Of a stretch of DNA of 64,000 bases, positions 46,557 through 58,200 are shown one piece after another (the stretch's first letter is position 1; each line of letters begins with the position of its first letter). The notes under the pieces were generated by a model. It was not told the origin of the DNA and searched no databases. It saw only the letters and a list, made by a program, of their open reading frames with translations. The stretch is from positions 7,998,001 through 8,062,000 of the forward strand of contig NW_024704765.1 of assembly GCF_018977255.1 (NCBI RefSeq), in the 5' to 3' direction. The DNA comes from Callorhinchus milii (lineage: Eukaryota). A program made the position numbers and the translations under genes.

Positions 46557-48084
46557 TCGGACAGCCTGGCCAAGACTGACAGAGTGACTCATCAAGGAGA
46601 GACTGAGAACAACAGTCGGCCTCTCCAGTGAGAGGCTAGCAGTGTAGTGATCGAATGAAGGCTTGTCCACTGATGGTGGTGCGGAGAGGAGAAGGGGATG
46701 CTCAGGCTTGTGTTAGCTAAGCGGGGTGGTGTGTGTGTGTGTAAGAGGGGGAGTTACGGAGGAGTGCGTTACAAGCAGCTCAAAGAGATGCAGTAGGTTA
46801 GAGACGTGACTTTGTTGACTTGCTCACCTGGAGAAACTCACCTGATGGCCAGATGCCCGCAAGCAGGCAATAACGAGTGGAAGATAGGATGTCGGGTTAA
46901 GCGCCCAGCCCCCTTCGTTAAACGCAGTAACTCGAAAAGATACTTAGCCTCTCTGTTCCGTTCACAGACCAGTTACTCTGTTACCAGTTAATGAACCAAC
47001 TAACCCTGAAGCGTGTCTTGCTCTGTTGGAGACGTGACCTTCAGCCTCGTCAAGGCCACCTCCAACTCCAACTCCGCTCCCGCTCTCTACGTTGATAAAG
47101 CCCTGTAACTTCACTACCTAAAGGGGCAACATCCCAACCGCGAGGAAGAACGAACTCGGAAATGTTCCACCCCCCCCCCTCACCCCCACCTGCCCCTGCG
47201 CTTTATCATGTTGAAGCATCTCAAAACCTCTTGGTGCCAAATACTGTTGAGTGTAGTGACTGTTTGATCTAGGCACTTTGATTGATGCACAACATGGTCC
47301 CACAACAGTTGTGTGATGAAGGACCAATTTTATCAGGGGGATTGCGGGGTGTGTGGTGGGGGTGGGGAGGGTGGGGAGCTGGACGGACGGACAGGCGGGC
47401 AGGCGGACAATGACAGAACATGGAACTGGGATTGCATATTCCTCCACTGCATGAACGCCAGCAAAGCGTCCATGGAACACAGATATCACACACCCCCTGA
47501 GCACTCAAAGGCTCTCGCCTCAGTTTCTATTTGCATTATGAATAGGCAAGAAATTATGACCATACGTGCTAATGCAAACATTGCCTCGGGTCCTGATTTC
47601 GTTTCGCCTGCGACAATGTTCTTGTGTGTGTTTTTTTCATCCCTGTGTTTTGATCTCTACTTAAAGTTTTATGTCTTTACTCCTCGAGGGTACTATTAGC
47701 TAATATGCTAATGGTGCTATGCATATTCTATTAGTGCTGTCAGAATAAGATAGAGACAGTTGGGTAGAGAGCACTGGAGGGTAATAACACAGCAGCGGGT
47801 CACAGCATTACCATATTATCAGTCATCTTTACATCTCAATGGAGCCTCTGTTGCTGAGTCACTTGGTTTAAATGACATTATCCCATTCTAGTGCTGATTT
47901 GCAGTGGAATAGCTTGTGTGCCCTCTTCTGCCACCCAAAGTTACCTGACCGAGAAAGGCTATATACTTACTCTATATAATGGTGTGACATTGCTGGGCTT
48001 AAATTGCCTTTCATATATATATATATATATTTGAAAGGAGAAGGGAGTTTTTTTCTCTCTCCTGGTGTCCTGGCCAGCTCATTC

Positions 48085-48530
48085 AGAACTCTGCCGCCCG
48101 CATACTGACCCGGACCAAACTCCGTACCCACAACTCACCGGTTCTGGCCCAGGCTCCACTGGCTCCCTATCACCGAACGGATAGGTTTCAAGGTCCTCAT
48201 ATTCTGGCACCTCCCTACCTCTCCAACCTCCTCACTCTCCAATCCACCACCCGGAACCTCCACTCGACTGGCACCGGTCTCCTGCTCGTCCCTCACATCC
48301 TTCGCCCCACCAACAGCCACTGCACCCAGATACTCTAGAACACTCTCCCTCAATCCCTCTGTCTTGTCCCCTCTCTCCTCTTTTTCAAGTCACACCTGAA
48401 GGCCTTCCTCTTCGACCGTGCTGTTGGTCACCTCCCCCAACCCCTCCGGCTTGGAGTCAGGCTCCGCCACCGTTAAGCGTTCTGAGACGCGTGGAAGGAG
48501 CTATATAAGTGCAAGTTGTTGTTGTTGTCG
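48085..48530 (+). mobile_element. L2 ORF2 3' fragment
   Basis: AARILTRTK..HNSPVLAQ/LHWLPITERIGFKVL motif, typical of the L2 C-terminus; ends GCTATATAAGTGCAAGTTGTTGTTG. Confidence 0.85.
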
Positions 48531-48559
48531 TGGCCACAATCCCCTATTTAAAATTGGTC

Positions 48560-48915
48560 ACTCACCTCATAGCTGTTTGTGGGACATTGCTGGGTGCAAA
48601 TTGACTGCTGAGTTCGCCTCTACGTTCATAGTCACTACACTTTACAACGAATCCTGTGAAGTGCTTTGAGGCAGCCTCCTGACATGAAACACTCCGTATG
48701 AAATGTAAGGATTATTATATAGTATAATATTAATTTGGTCACTCGATACACATCTGTTTGTGGGCACACTGCCGTGCGCAGTTGGCTGCCATGTTTTGCC
48801 CACAAAATATAGTCAATTCGCTTTACAGTATATTCTGCGAAGCGCTTTGAGAACGTCCCGAAGACGTGATAAGGCGCTGGATCAAATGCAAGTATTATTA
48901 TTGTTGTTGTTATTG
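48560..48915 (+). mobile_element. Two tandem SINE 3' halves (head-to-tail)
   Basis: Core plus tail at ~48560-48722 and again at ~48745-48915. Confidence 0.8.
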
Positions 48916-51074
48916 TTAATAACGCTCACCTGAACAGACACAGACCTTGGTTTACCATCTCATGTGAAGGTCGGTGCCTCTTACAACGTAGGCTCCCCCC
49001 AAGCTCAGTCCTGGAGGAGGAAGCACTGTGTTGTCTCAGGTGCCGTCCTTCAAATGAGCCATTAAAACCAAGGTCCCTTCTGTTTCTTTTAACATTGGAC
49101 ATTTAAATCCTACCAACGGAGCCAGGCTGACTGCTATAATGAACACTTAGCCCCAGAAAATGTGCCTGTGCAATGTGGCTGAGTTATTGCAACAAGCTTG
49201 TATACACACGCAGACTTCTTGAATGCAAGCGCTCTATTTCATTTCACTCCAGGCTAAACTGCCTGTTTCCTGATTACTATTTCAATGCTCCAGCCCTGGC
49301 CTGGGCTTCTGTCGGGGCTTTGGCTCTGGACTACCACTAGAGGGGGCACGAGCAAACGCCCCCCCCCCCCCCCCCGCCCACCGCCCCCCCCCACCACCAC
49401 CAAGGACTTGACTCTTTCACCAAACACATTCATTCCCCCCTCCCTCGCTCTCTTCCACTGGAACGGTCATTTGCTCCCCACTAACAAGGCTGAGATCAAG
49501 GGAGAGAGAAGGATGAACAAATGGAGGGCGGGGGAAAGAAATTGGAATCTCATTAAAACAGAACCCTCCCCCGCCCCCCGCACCCCCTTAAGAATATGGC
49601 AGCGTTCCTTATGAAGAAATCCCCTAAAAATTACAGCTTTCAGAAAGTATGAATCCACCCTGCACCAGTCTATATTTTTGTTGAAGCAAAAAAAAACAGC
49701 AGTCATTGGGGTCAGATGTCAGTGAGCCATTTAGAAAACTACTTTTTCTTCTGTTTGCATTGTTGCTGTTGCTGTCTGGTTTGGGGGGAGGGGGCTACGG
49801 GTTGGGGCGGAGACGGGGGGAGTGGGGGCGGGGCTGTTTGGAGGAGTTAACGTATGAATAAATAAACTCCGAGCAAACTCAAAGGAAAATAAAAGTCCAT
49901 TTATAGCACATTTAGAGGGGAACAAGCGCTCATTGGAACGGTAGTTTAAGAATCATCTGGAAATGTTTTCAATTTTCTTTACATGATTTCCGTGTGATTC
50001 TGCTCCTAAACGGTGTAATTTTATACAGCCCTGGCCTCTTATTGGGAACAGCGCTAGTTTTTTTCTTGCTTCTTCTGACGCAGCCTGTTTGGGGGTCTGA
50101 GTGAAAGCCAGCGAAGATCTCTCTCTCTCTCTCTTTCTCTCTCACTCTCTCTCAAAGGTACAACATGCCAGAGGTCTAACTGCCCACTTCCCCGCCCAAC
50201 ACACCTACACGCACACAAACTATCCAGGAGGGGTCACTGGTTTATTTGCTAACCCACGGTTGCTGACTGACTCTTTACACAGTTCAGAAGCTCAGCCATG
50301 GTATGGACTATCTTGGACTGTGGGCAAAGATCTTCAGTCAAGTCAATCATATGGGGAGCAGAGTGAGGCATAACGTAAAGTCCTGAATAGGTTTGAAGAC
50401 CTACTCTACTGGGGGGAGCATTGCATTGTCGGAGATGCCGTCCTTTGAGGGCATCGAACCGAGGTCCCATCCGTCTGTGTGGGTGGATGTTAAAGATCCC
50501 GCGGTGCTATTTGAAGAGAGAAGGGACGTCCTCCCGACGTGAAAGGCTCTCTATAAATGAAATCTTGTTGTTGCTGTTGTTGTTCCCTCTCACGCTGGGA
50601 TTGTCGGCCACACTAGGACAGCGTGCGAGGGAACAACAACAGCAACAACCCAGTCAAAACCCGATCGATCACTCCACCGATGCTTTTGAGGGACGTTGCT
50701 TTGTCAGCCGCAGTGTTAGCCTGCAAAATACATGGAACTGAAGGACTGCAGAACTCCAGAAAGGGGGCTTGTAAATCAAGATGAAATTAAAATTAAATAA
50801 GACAGTATAAATTGCACGATTTTACATTTTAAGACAACTTAAGCAGCTCTAAAATGTCTGCAGTTTTTCATCTTTTGTATGAAAGTGCAACAACTTTACA
50901 TAGAATTATATAGAATGTATATATAATCTCTCCCTATACTTCTCCAACCTACCCCACCCCAATCTCTCTCTCAATGATGTACTTGTATCATGTAGGACGA
51001 ACGACTAACTCACAGAGACGACAAGATGATGTATTGAGAACCATTACAAAGTGTTGACCAAAGACACGGTCAAG

Positions 51075-51200
51075 GAGAGAGGGGGGAGAGAGAGTAGGGG
51101 GCTGGGGGAGAGAGAGAGTGTGTGGGGGGCTGGGGGAGAGAGAGTGGGGGGCTGGGGGAGGAGAGAGAGAGAGAGAGAGGGGGGGAGGGGAGGGGGGAAA
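51075..51200. repeat. G-rich tandem repeat (GGGGGCTGGGGGAGAGAGAGT-like x3)
   Basis: Visible repetition with multiple G5 tracts. Confidence 0.75.
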
Positions 51201-52429
51201 AGGGATTTTTTTTTAAAACACAAAGGAGCCTGAAAATGAATTAATTTCTGGATCAGCGCACAATCATCCACTAAAACCATGCGGTTAATCTTTATTTATT
51301 CATATAGGATCATAATATTAGGATAACTGCTTTTGAACATACACAAGGGCGGGTATTCTTTTCAGATTGGGCAGGTTCCCAAAGGCTGGATTTACGGCGC
51401 TTGTGTGAGTGTGTGAGTGTGCGAGACAGAGAGAGAGAGAGAGAGAGATGTAAAGTGTATATTTTGTTGAATTATTTCACAGTCTTTCCAAAACGCTAAC
51501 TGATCATATGAGTAAATATCCCTTTAATGGGCATTAATATGGCTGTGTTTTCCGTGGCTCGGGCGCTGCCTTTGATTGAAAAGTAGCTGAGGTCGGCTGA
51601 CATAATGAAAGACTGTTGTTTTATCAATAATTCAGCTCCCCTTTTGCCCAGACGGGGAAAATTACAATCTCGCAGATGGGCCTGGATGGCGGACGGAATT
51701 TAAAAACCGAGGGAACCTTTTTTTTTAAAAAAAACACAAAAAGGACACATTTTTCAAAAAAAAATACCAGAGCTCTGTCAAATGATAAATCAACGTGTAA
51801 AATAATAAGAGACTAAATTAGGTGAAATACTCAAGATGTCCTATTATGTTGCCTCAAACAGATGAACCTCATACAGAGGTATGGAAACAATTAGGTTGGG
51901 GTTATCCTTTCACTATCCCCAGTGAAATGGACAAGCGTCTATATTTATGAACCCTGTTCCAATGCACCTCTAATGATGCAATTAAGCAAAGAGGCAGGAG
52001 ACTTTGATCTAGATGTGGTAATTTTTACAAAAATATTTCCAAGTGATGTATACTCATAATTCACAGGATTTAATTGTACTTAATTTGTTTGGACTTTGAA
52101 TGTGCTTTTAATTAGAGGGCAGATTTGCCTTTATGTTTAAAGCAAGCTGTCAAGGAAAATTAAGAACCCATTCGCCTTAGCGTTCCTGGTTTTCATCACA
52201 GTAGGGACCGCAGAACAGAAGGTAGCAGATAATTAGAGTCAGTTTAGGAGCTAAAGTACAGGCCGGAGTCATATTTTAGAACAAATCTTAAAGACACAGC
52301 ATCCTTTTATTTACAAACTGGTGCAAGCTGGGCTTTTGGACAGTCTTGTGGTATTCACCTTAAGAGCACGGCCTTGAAGATTTAAGACTCTTTTCCCCCC
52401 CCCCACCCCACTTTCAGCTCAGCGCAGAA

Positions 52430-52810
52430 ACGACCTTCACATTGAAAGCGCATTTGCAATGAATGGATTTGAACTGAGCCAACAAACAGTCGTGAAGTGA
52501 ACGACCAATTTTATCCAGGGTGGGGGGATTGTCGGCTAGGACACCTAGAGAGAGAGAGAGAAACGCCCTTCTCTTTTCGAGTAGCGCCACAGAACCCTTC
52601 ATGTCCGCCCAAACCTCACAGACGGGGAGCTCAGTTTAACGTCTCATCTGAAGGAGAGCGACCCCGATAATCCAGCGCTCCCCAAAACCAAGCACTGTCT
52701 GAGAGTGTCAGCCTGGACACTGAGATCAAATCCTGACGTGGGGTTAGAACCCCACAACCTTTTGACTTAATCAGAGGTGAGGGTGCTGCCAACTGAGCCA
52801 ACCTGGCACC
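52430..52810 (-). mobile_element. Same SINE family, 5' and central part
   Basis: Reverse-oriented head (GGCTCAGTTGGCAGCAC...GGTTGTGGGGTTCTAACCCCAC) and central domain. Confidence 0.7.
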
Positions 52811-54523
52811 TGAAATTTATTGGGTTTTACCTTCAGTTAACCTAACCACGCTCAGGCAAACTGGATCCCACACGCATGGTTAAATGCAAACACAGCAGAG
52901 AGAGCATTACATGTTTTTTTTCCTATTAGTTCCATTAAGACTCCAGGAAAAAAAGCTAATCTCCTCACCTCAACACGTTTTCCCCCCTCCACCTCCTTCT
53001 CCCCCCCTCCCCGTTTCCCCCCAGTCCTGCCCCACCTTACAGAGCGGATTGAACTTTAATTTGGAAACTGTTCAATACTATAAACATTAGCCAAATCGAT
53101 CTCTGTAATAGTGCGGTATTTGTTTTTAAAATGAGTAAACTGGAGCAGGAAATCATAAACCGTGAAATATCAGCAACTCTCTTATTGCAAACAACGCTCG
53201 TTTCGGAAAATGCCTTGACCTGTCTCTCTCTCTCTCTCTGCTTCAAAAAGCCTAAACCTGTCTCTTTCGCTCTGCCTTTGGTCGACACCCTTAAATTGAC
53301 CGCCTCACCCAGAACCCCTTCCACATCGTCCCAGGGAGAGAGCTCTCCTTTTTTGGGTCGGCCGGGTGTCCTGACACACGTGGTAACCCATCAGAGAGTT
53401 CCATAGGTGAGTGCCACTCACACATGGCGCGGCCCCCTGTGTCTGGAACGCAACGCGCACTCTCTCCCTGAAGTGGGGTGGGGGGGTCAATTTGAGAGAG
53501 AGGTTCGTTCTGCGTGAAAGAGTGCCACGTAAACGCAAGTTGATGAAATATCCTTGCGCGAGCAAATTAAAAAGCGCTGGCAAATAATCATCCCCGCGTC
53601 TGGCGTAACGCCTCATCGCGTGGTCTAAAGCGCTCGCTTCACGACTGCGCACGGAGCCGACCTCAACCCACCCACCCACCCACCCACGCTCTGCGCGGTG
53701 AAATCCCCCGAAGCGCTTCGAAACGTCGCAACGGGGCGCCGTGTCGGAGGCGAGGGTTATATTCCGGTACACAAAGAAACAGTCGGTGAGTGTGTGTAAA
53801 AAAAAATTCAGGATCAAAACTGAGACGAAAGCAGATCGATTGCTTCTGTGAGGAGGATTATATCATTTTGACATTTCTCAAAATACCGCTCTCTGGTGGG
53901 TGACAGTCAATTATCACCCTTCATTGAAAGGGCTGCTCAAATAGACATGAGAGGCACTTAACAGCAGGTACATTTTAAGCAGCGATATTCAGAATCCATC
54001 TCTGACACCTCAGGAAGCCGCTGAGTCCTTGCTCAACTGATGTCCTTTCTCCTCACGCACACCTCTTAGTGAAACCTCCTCGGTGACATTTGAAGCGCTT
54101 TCTTGAGCCGATTTTGAACGAAAGATTTGAAATCTTACGCCCCCCCGCGGAAACCTCGATGATTTTCGAGACGTTTCGAAGACCTGATAAGGCAAGGCGC
54201 TCTATCGAACGCAAGGATTTTTATTATGTTTATCACAAGTTACAGTCCGAATTTGTGCTTGAGCCGATCGCGATGATAACGGTCAGGCTTAACATCACAG
54301 CAACAGCAACTTGCGTCCTTCAAGAAGCGGAGTAGCCGTCTCAGTGGTGACAAACACACAGTCGCTACACTTGAAAGAAAACTGTTTCGGATCCTTGCGC
54401 TTTGCTATCAAGTGTTGCTTTTGCAGGCCAGACTCTCCCCCACCCACCCCTCCACCCAAAACAGGTCCATTTTGCGCTATTTTCTTAGCAGATTTCTAAG
54501 CAGGGGGATGTGTAATCATCGCA

Positions 54524-54542
54524 TGTCCACAAGGTGGCGCGC
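54524..54542 (+). promoter_or_regulatory. CTCF-like motif
   Basis: TGTCCACAAGGTGGCGCGC in unique sequence. Confidence 0.55.
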
Positions 54543-55669
54543 GCCAACGAAAGCTTTCAATGTCTTCAGGTAATAATAATAATAATAATATTAATCCTTG
54601 CATTTGATATAGCCCCTCATCACGTCTTCCAGATGTCTCAAAGCGCTTCACAGAATATCCGAATACCTCTGCCGTTTCTTACCAAGAGATCCGTTAAGCG
54701 ATCTCGCAAACTAGACGCCCAGGTTGGCTTTCGTCAACTTAAACAGGGGACCCTGCGGTTGGCTCTGGGCGGCGTGGGGGACCGGATGGGGATAAGGGAC
54801 TTGGGTCAAACCCTGGTAGAGTGGAAGCCCTGTGTCTATTGTCTATTGCCCTTGGTCCACTGAAACAGCTCCACAGACAAGAGATCTCAACAAGGACTTG
54901 AATAGAGAATCGTTTCCCCCCCCCCGCCCCCCCCCGCTTCACGTCAACCCGGTCGAAACCACTTTCTTTAATAGTCCAAAATAACACCGCAAACCTTAAG
55001 AGGCGTGAAGATAATTCTTCGTAATATCAGACAGTTCGGATCGGACTCCCTGATGCCGGTCATAGCGGTGTGTAAAACTCCTTGCCGCAGAGAAACACTC
55101 ACAAGTGTCTCTTTCAGACACTCCTGTGCACTTTACAGACCATTAGTGCCTACCAGTCTCATCAGGCATCTGTCTGTCATTATTGCCTGTCGAGGAGTGC
55201 TCTGTTCTTATAGATGCAGGTTGCCTGATCACTATCTTAAGTGGAAGGAAGTTAGCTTTTAAAATTGCTTTATCTCTTCGCCCTGACAAGGTGAAAATTA
55301 AGGGGGAAATAGACTAATGTGTACCAGTCAGGCTGTTTTGAGGCCCATTTAGTAAATCCATTGACTGGTCAGCCCAGCCCCCAGAATTAATAATTTTCAT
55401 ATCCGATGCTTCAAATTCGCATGTCTGCCATTAGCTTCAAAGTGCCTTGCGCCGATCGCTGCTGAGTGTAGTGACTTTTATTGTGTTTTGTGCATCGGCA
55501 CGCCCCACAAACAGCTGCGAGGGGAGAAACATCTCTTCTCAAATGCGAGGTGGGGGTGGTGGGTGGCATCACCTCCACCGGAACAGGCAACCACAACAAA
55601 TTTATATCGTCCAGTTACGATATAACGATGTGATAATTGCACTTTTTTGGTCTTCAGTCTCTCTGCCTC

Positions 55670-55892
55670 CCCCTCCCTTTGGAATTCCATCCCACAGTCC
55701 CTTTGCCTCGCCCCTTCCCTCCCATCCTTCAAGGCACGTTATCAAGACTCCTCCTCTTCGACCACACCTTCGGTCACCCTCCGACCCTTACCCTCCCTGC
55801 CCTCCGCCCCTCCCTGATCGCAAACCCCACGCTCGGGTCCAAATTCCCGACTGTCCAGGGCCTTGGGACGTCCTCCCGACGTGAAAGGCGCT
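55670..55892 (+). mobile_element. 5'-truncated L2 3' end
   Basis: CCCTTTGGAATTCCATCCCACAGTCCC...CTTCAAGGCACG...GTCCAGGGCCTTGGGACGTCCTCCCGACGTGAAAGGCGCT. Confidence 0.8.
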
Positions 55893-58084
55893 GGGGTGGG
55901 GGAGAGGGAGAAAAACAAAGGATTGATAATATAGAAAAATGGTAGGAAGGAGTCAATAAAATAAAACAGAGGCACTTCACCATCTTGCATAGTCTGTACA
56001 GTCCTGGCTTAAAGGGTGATTTTAACAAATAGACCCAAACCTCCCTGAATGATGCTGGTTTTGCGTTAAAGAGAGAAAAAAAAAGTACACTTTGCCAGCG
56101 ATAAATGGTGTCTGACATCTCATCTAGGTGAAGCTCAGTTTAGTAATTTTTAATGGTCGAGCATAAATCTTTTAAATAATAAATCGATAAATAGTTAATA
56201 GAATAATAGAATCTCTATAAATATTTAAATCTAAATATGCGCTGCCAGCAATGAACTGCTGGTAAACTGGAACATAAGGAGAAAATATTGCTCTTTTCGA
56301 TTCCATCAACATTTTTAAATGTAAAGATATTTCATTTTGCTGTACACGCTTGTTTTTTTCCTCCCCCGGTTTCGTTTTATGTCCAGTTATTTCAACCTAT
56401 AAAACATTAAATCCTCCAGCAATCAGGGCATGGTTTCCATTGCTACTTTGCTTCACCGCTAAGTGGATTGAGGACAACTCAAACAATGTTTGAATAACTC
56501 AGACAGAAATGGCTGATAGGTGTCAGGCTTGTCTCTGGGTATAGAGAATGTTGTAAGTTGCATACAACGGGGGATAAGAAGGAATATTGTCTCACTTGTC
56601 TTTAAATACAAACAAAATCTTCGGCACCCGCCTGAAAACAGTAAGCATTTTAACACCATATCCAGAGGACGGCACCTCCAACAACACAGCACTGACCCTG
56701 TACTGCTCAACCCCACTCCCCGATGTGGGGTTTGAACCCTTAACCTTTTGAATTAACGGTAAAAGAGCTTCGGACCCATTTACCCAAAGCTGCCATTAAC
56801 AAACCGACCAGCCTTACTGTGCTCTGAGCTAACATCTATCAAGACACCACTGAAGTGTGCGGCACCACAAAGATACATTATAAGAATGGATTTTCCTTAA
56901 CAAGCGCTTGATAGTGTTTGAGAACATTAGACTGTGCGGAGTGCTGATTCCAGTTTAATTACACATACAGCTGTCTGTCTTTACAGTGGTTTTAAGGTGA
57001 AGGTCGCGAGTGACAAAGTCGAGCTGCGTGAATACCTGCCGCTTTTTTTCATTCGTATTTCATTCAAAAAATTAGCCAAGAGCAAAATCCCCTCAGTCTG
57101 AGTAAACTGGGACGTCGCCGTGGGCAATTGGCCTCGTTCGCCTACAAATACGCAGTCACTGCACTTCGCAGCAAATCCTGTGAAGCGCTTTGAGACAGCT
57201 TCCTGAATCGAATGGCGTTCTACCAAATGCAAGGACTATTTTTATTATTATTATTGTTATTAATAAAACGGAAGAATTGTGCAATGTCATATTCTGTTCC
57301 GGGGTAGACTCAGTTTCCAAACTGTGGCTGAATTCAAGGATTTCTTTCCATCGTTCTGCACCAAGGTATATTATTTACCTTCAATATTATCACACTAAAT
57401 CTATATTTACGTCAAGGGATATAAATATAAGCCAGCCAGGATCTAATAGGGAGTTTAGGAGGAACTTTTTCAAGTAGAATCCTTACGGTATTCTATTAAA
57501 CGGGACAGTTAACTTGAAGCGGATATTAAAGATCCCACGATACTATTAGAAAAGAAAAGGTAGTCTCTCTCTCTCTTTCTTCAGTGTCCTGGCTAACAAT
57601 CCCACCCCCCCAGAAAGATTAGTCGGTCATTCACCTCAAGGCTCTTTGTGGGACCTTGCTATAGCAAATGGTTTTTGCATTTACCTGCCAAAGCAGTCAC
57701 TACACTGGACAATACCTACCAGAAAGGGCTTTGCGACTTGGAAAGAGTTCTAAAAAAAAACGCAAGTTCTTTCTCCCTCCTGTCGAATCTATCCGGTTCA
57801 TTCATCTCGTTCCTTTCTCTAATGACAATCAGTCTGCGGCAGCTGTAGCGAAGGGCGCAAGGTCTCTCCTGGACATCTTTTAATCACTGTAACAGGACCA
57901 TGAGTGGTCTTGTTAATGTGTTATTAATGGCACACCAGGGTGCAATCGTTCCTCCTTAATGGAGATTGAAGAGTATTAGTATTCTGGTGACTTCTACTTC
58001 CGTCCCACCATCCCTTACTCACCTGTACTTTGGGCTGTGCTCAAGTTTCAAGTTTCTACGCAATGTGCCAAATAGATTTACTTT

Positions 58085-58200
58085 GAACCAGAGGAGGTTA
58101 GGAGCAGGAGGAGGCCATTCAGCCCACCGAGCAAGTCTGCTCTACCCGTTTATTGCATCAATCCCAATTCAACCAATTATAATATCCACCCCCATGTGTT
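58085..58200 (-). mobile_element. CR1 3' end
   Basis: Plus strand TAGGAGCAGGAGGAGGCCATTCAGCCCACCGAGC. Similar reverse CR1 ends occur at ~40700-40860 and ~62500-62560. Confidence 0.6.

Noticed and set aside
49333-49348. CTCF motif CCACTAGAGGGGGCAC
   Set aside because: Mismatch at the near-invariant C of GGC; too weak to call without a PWM scan.
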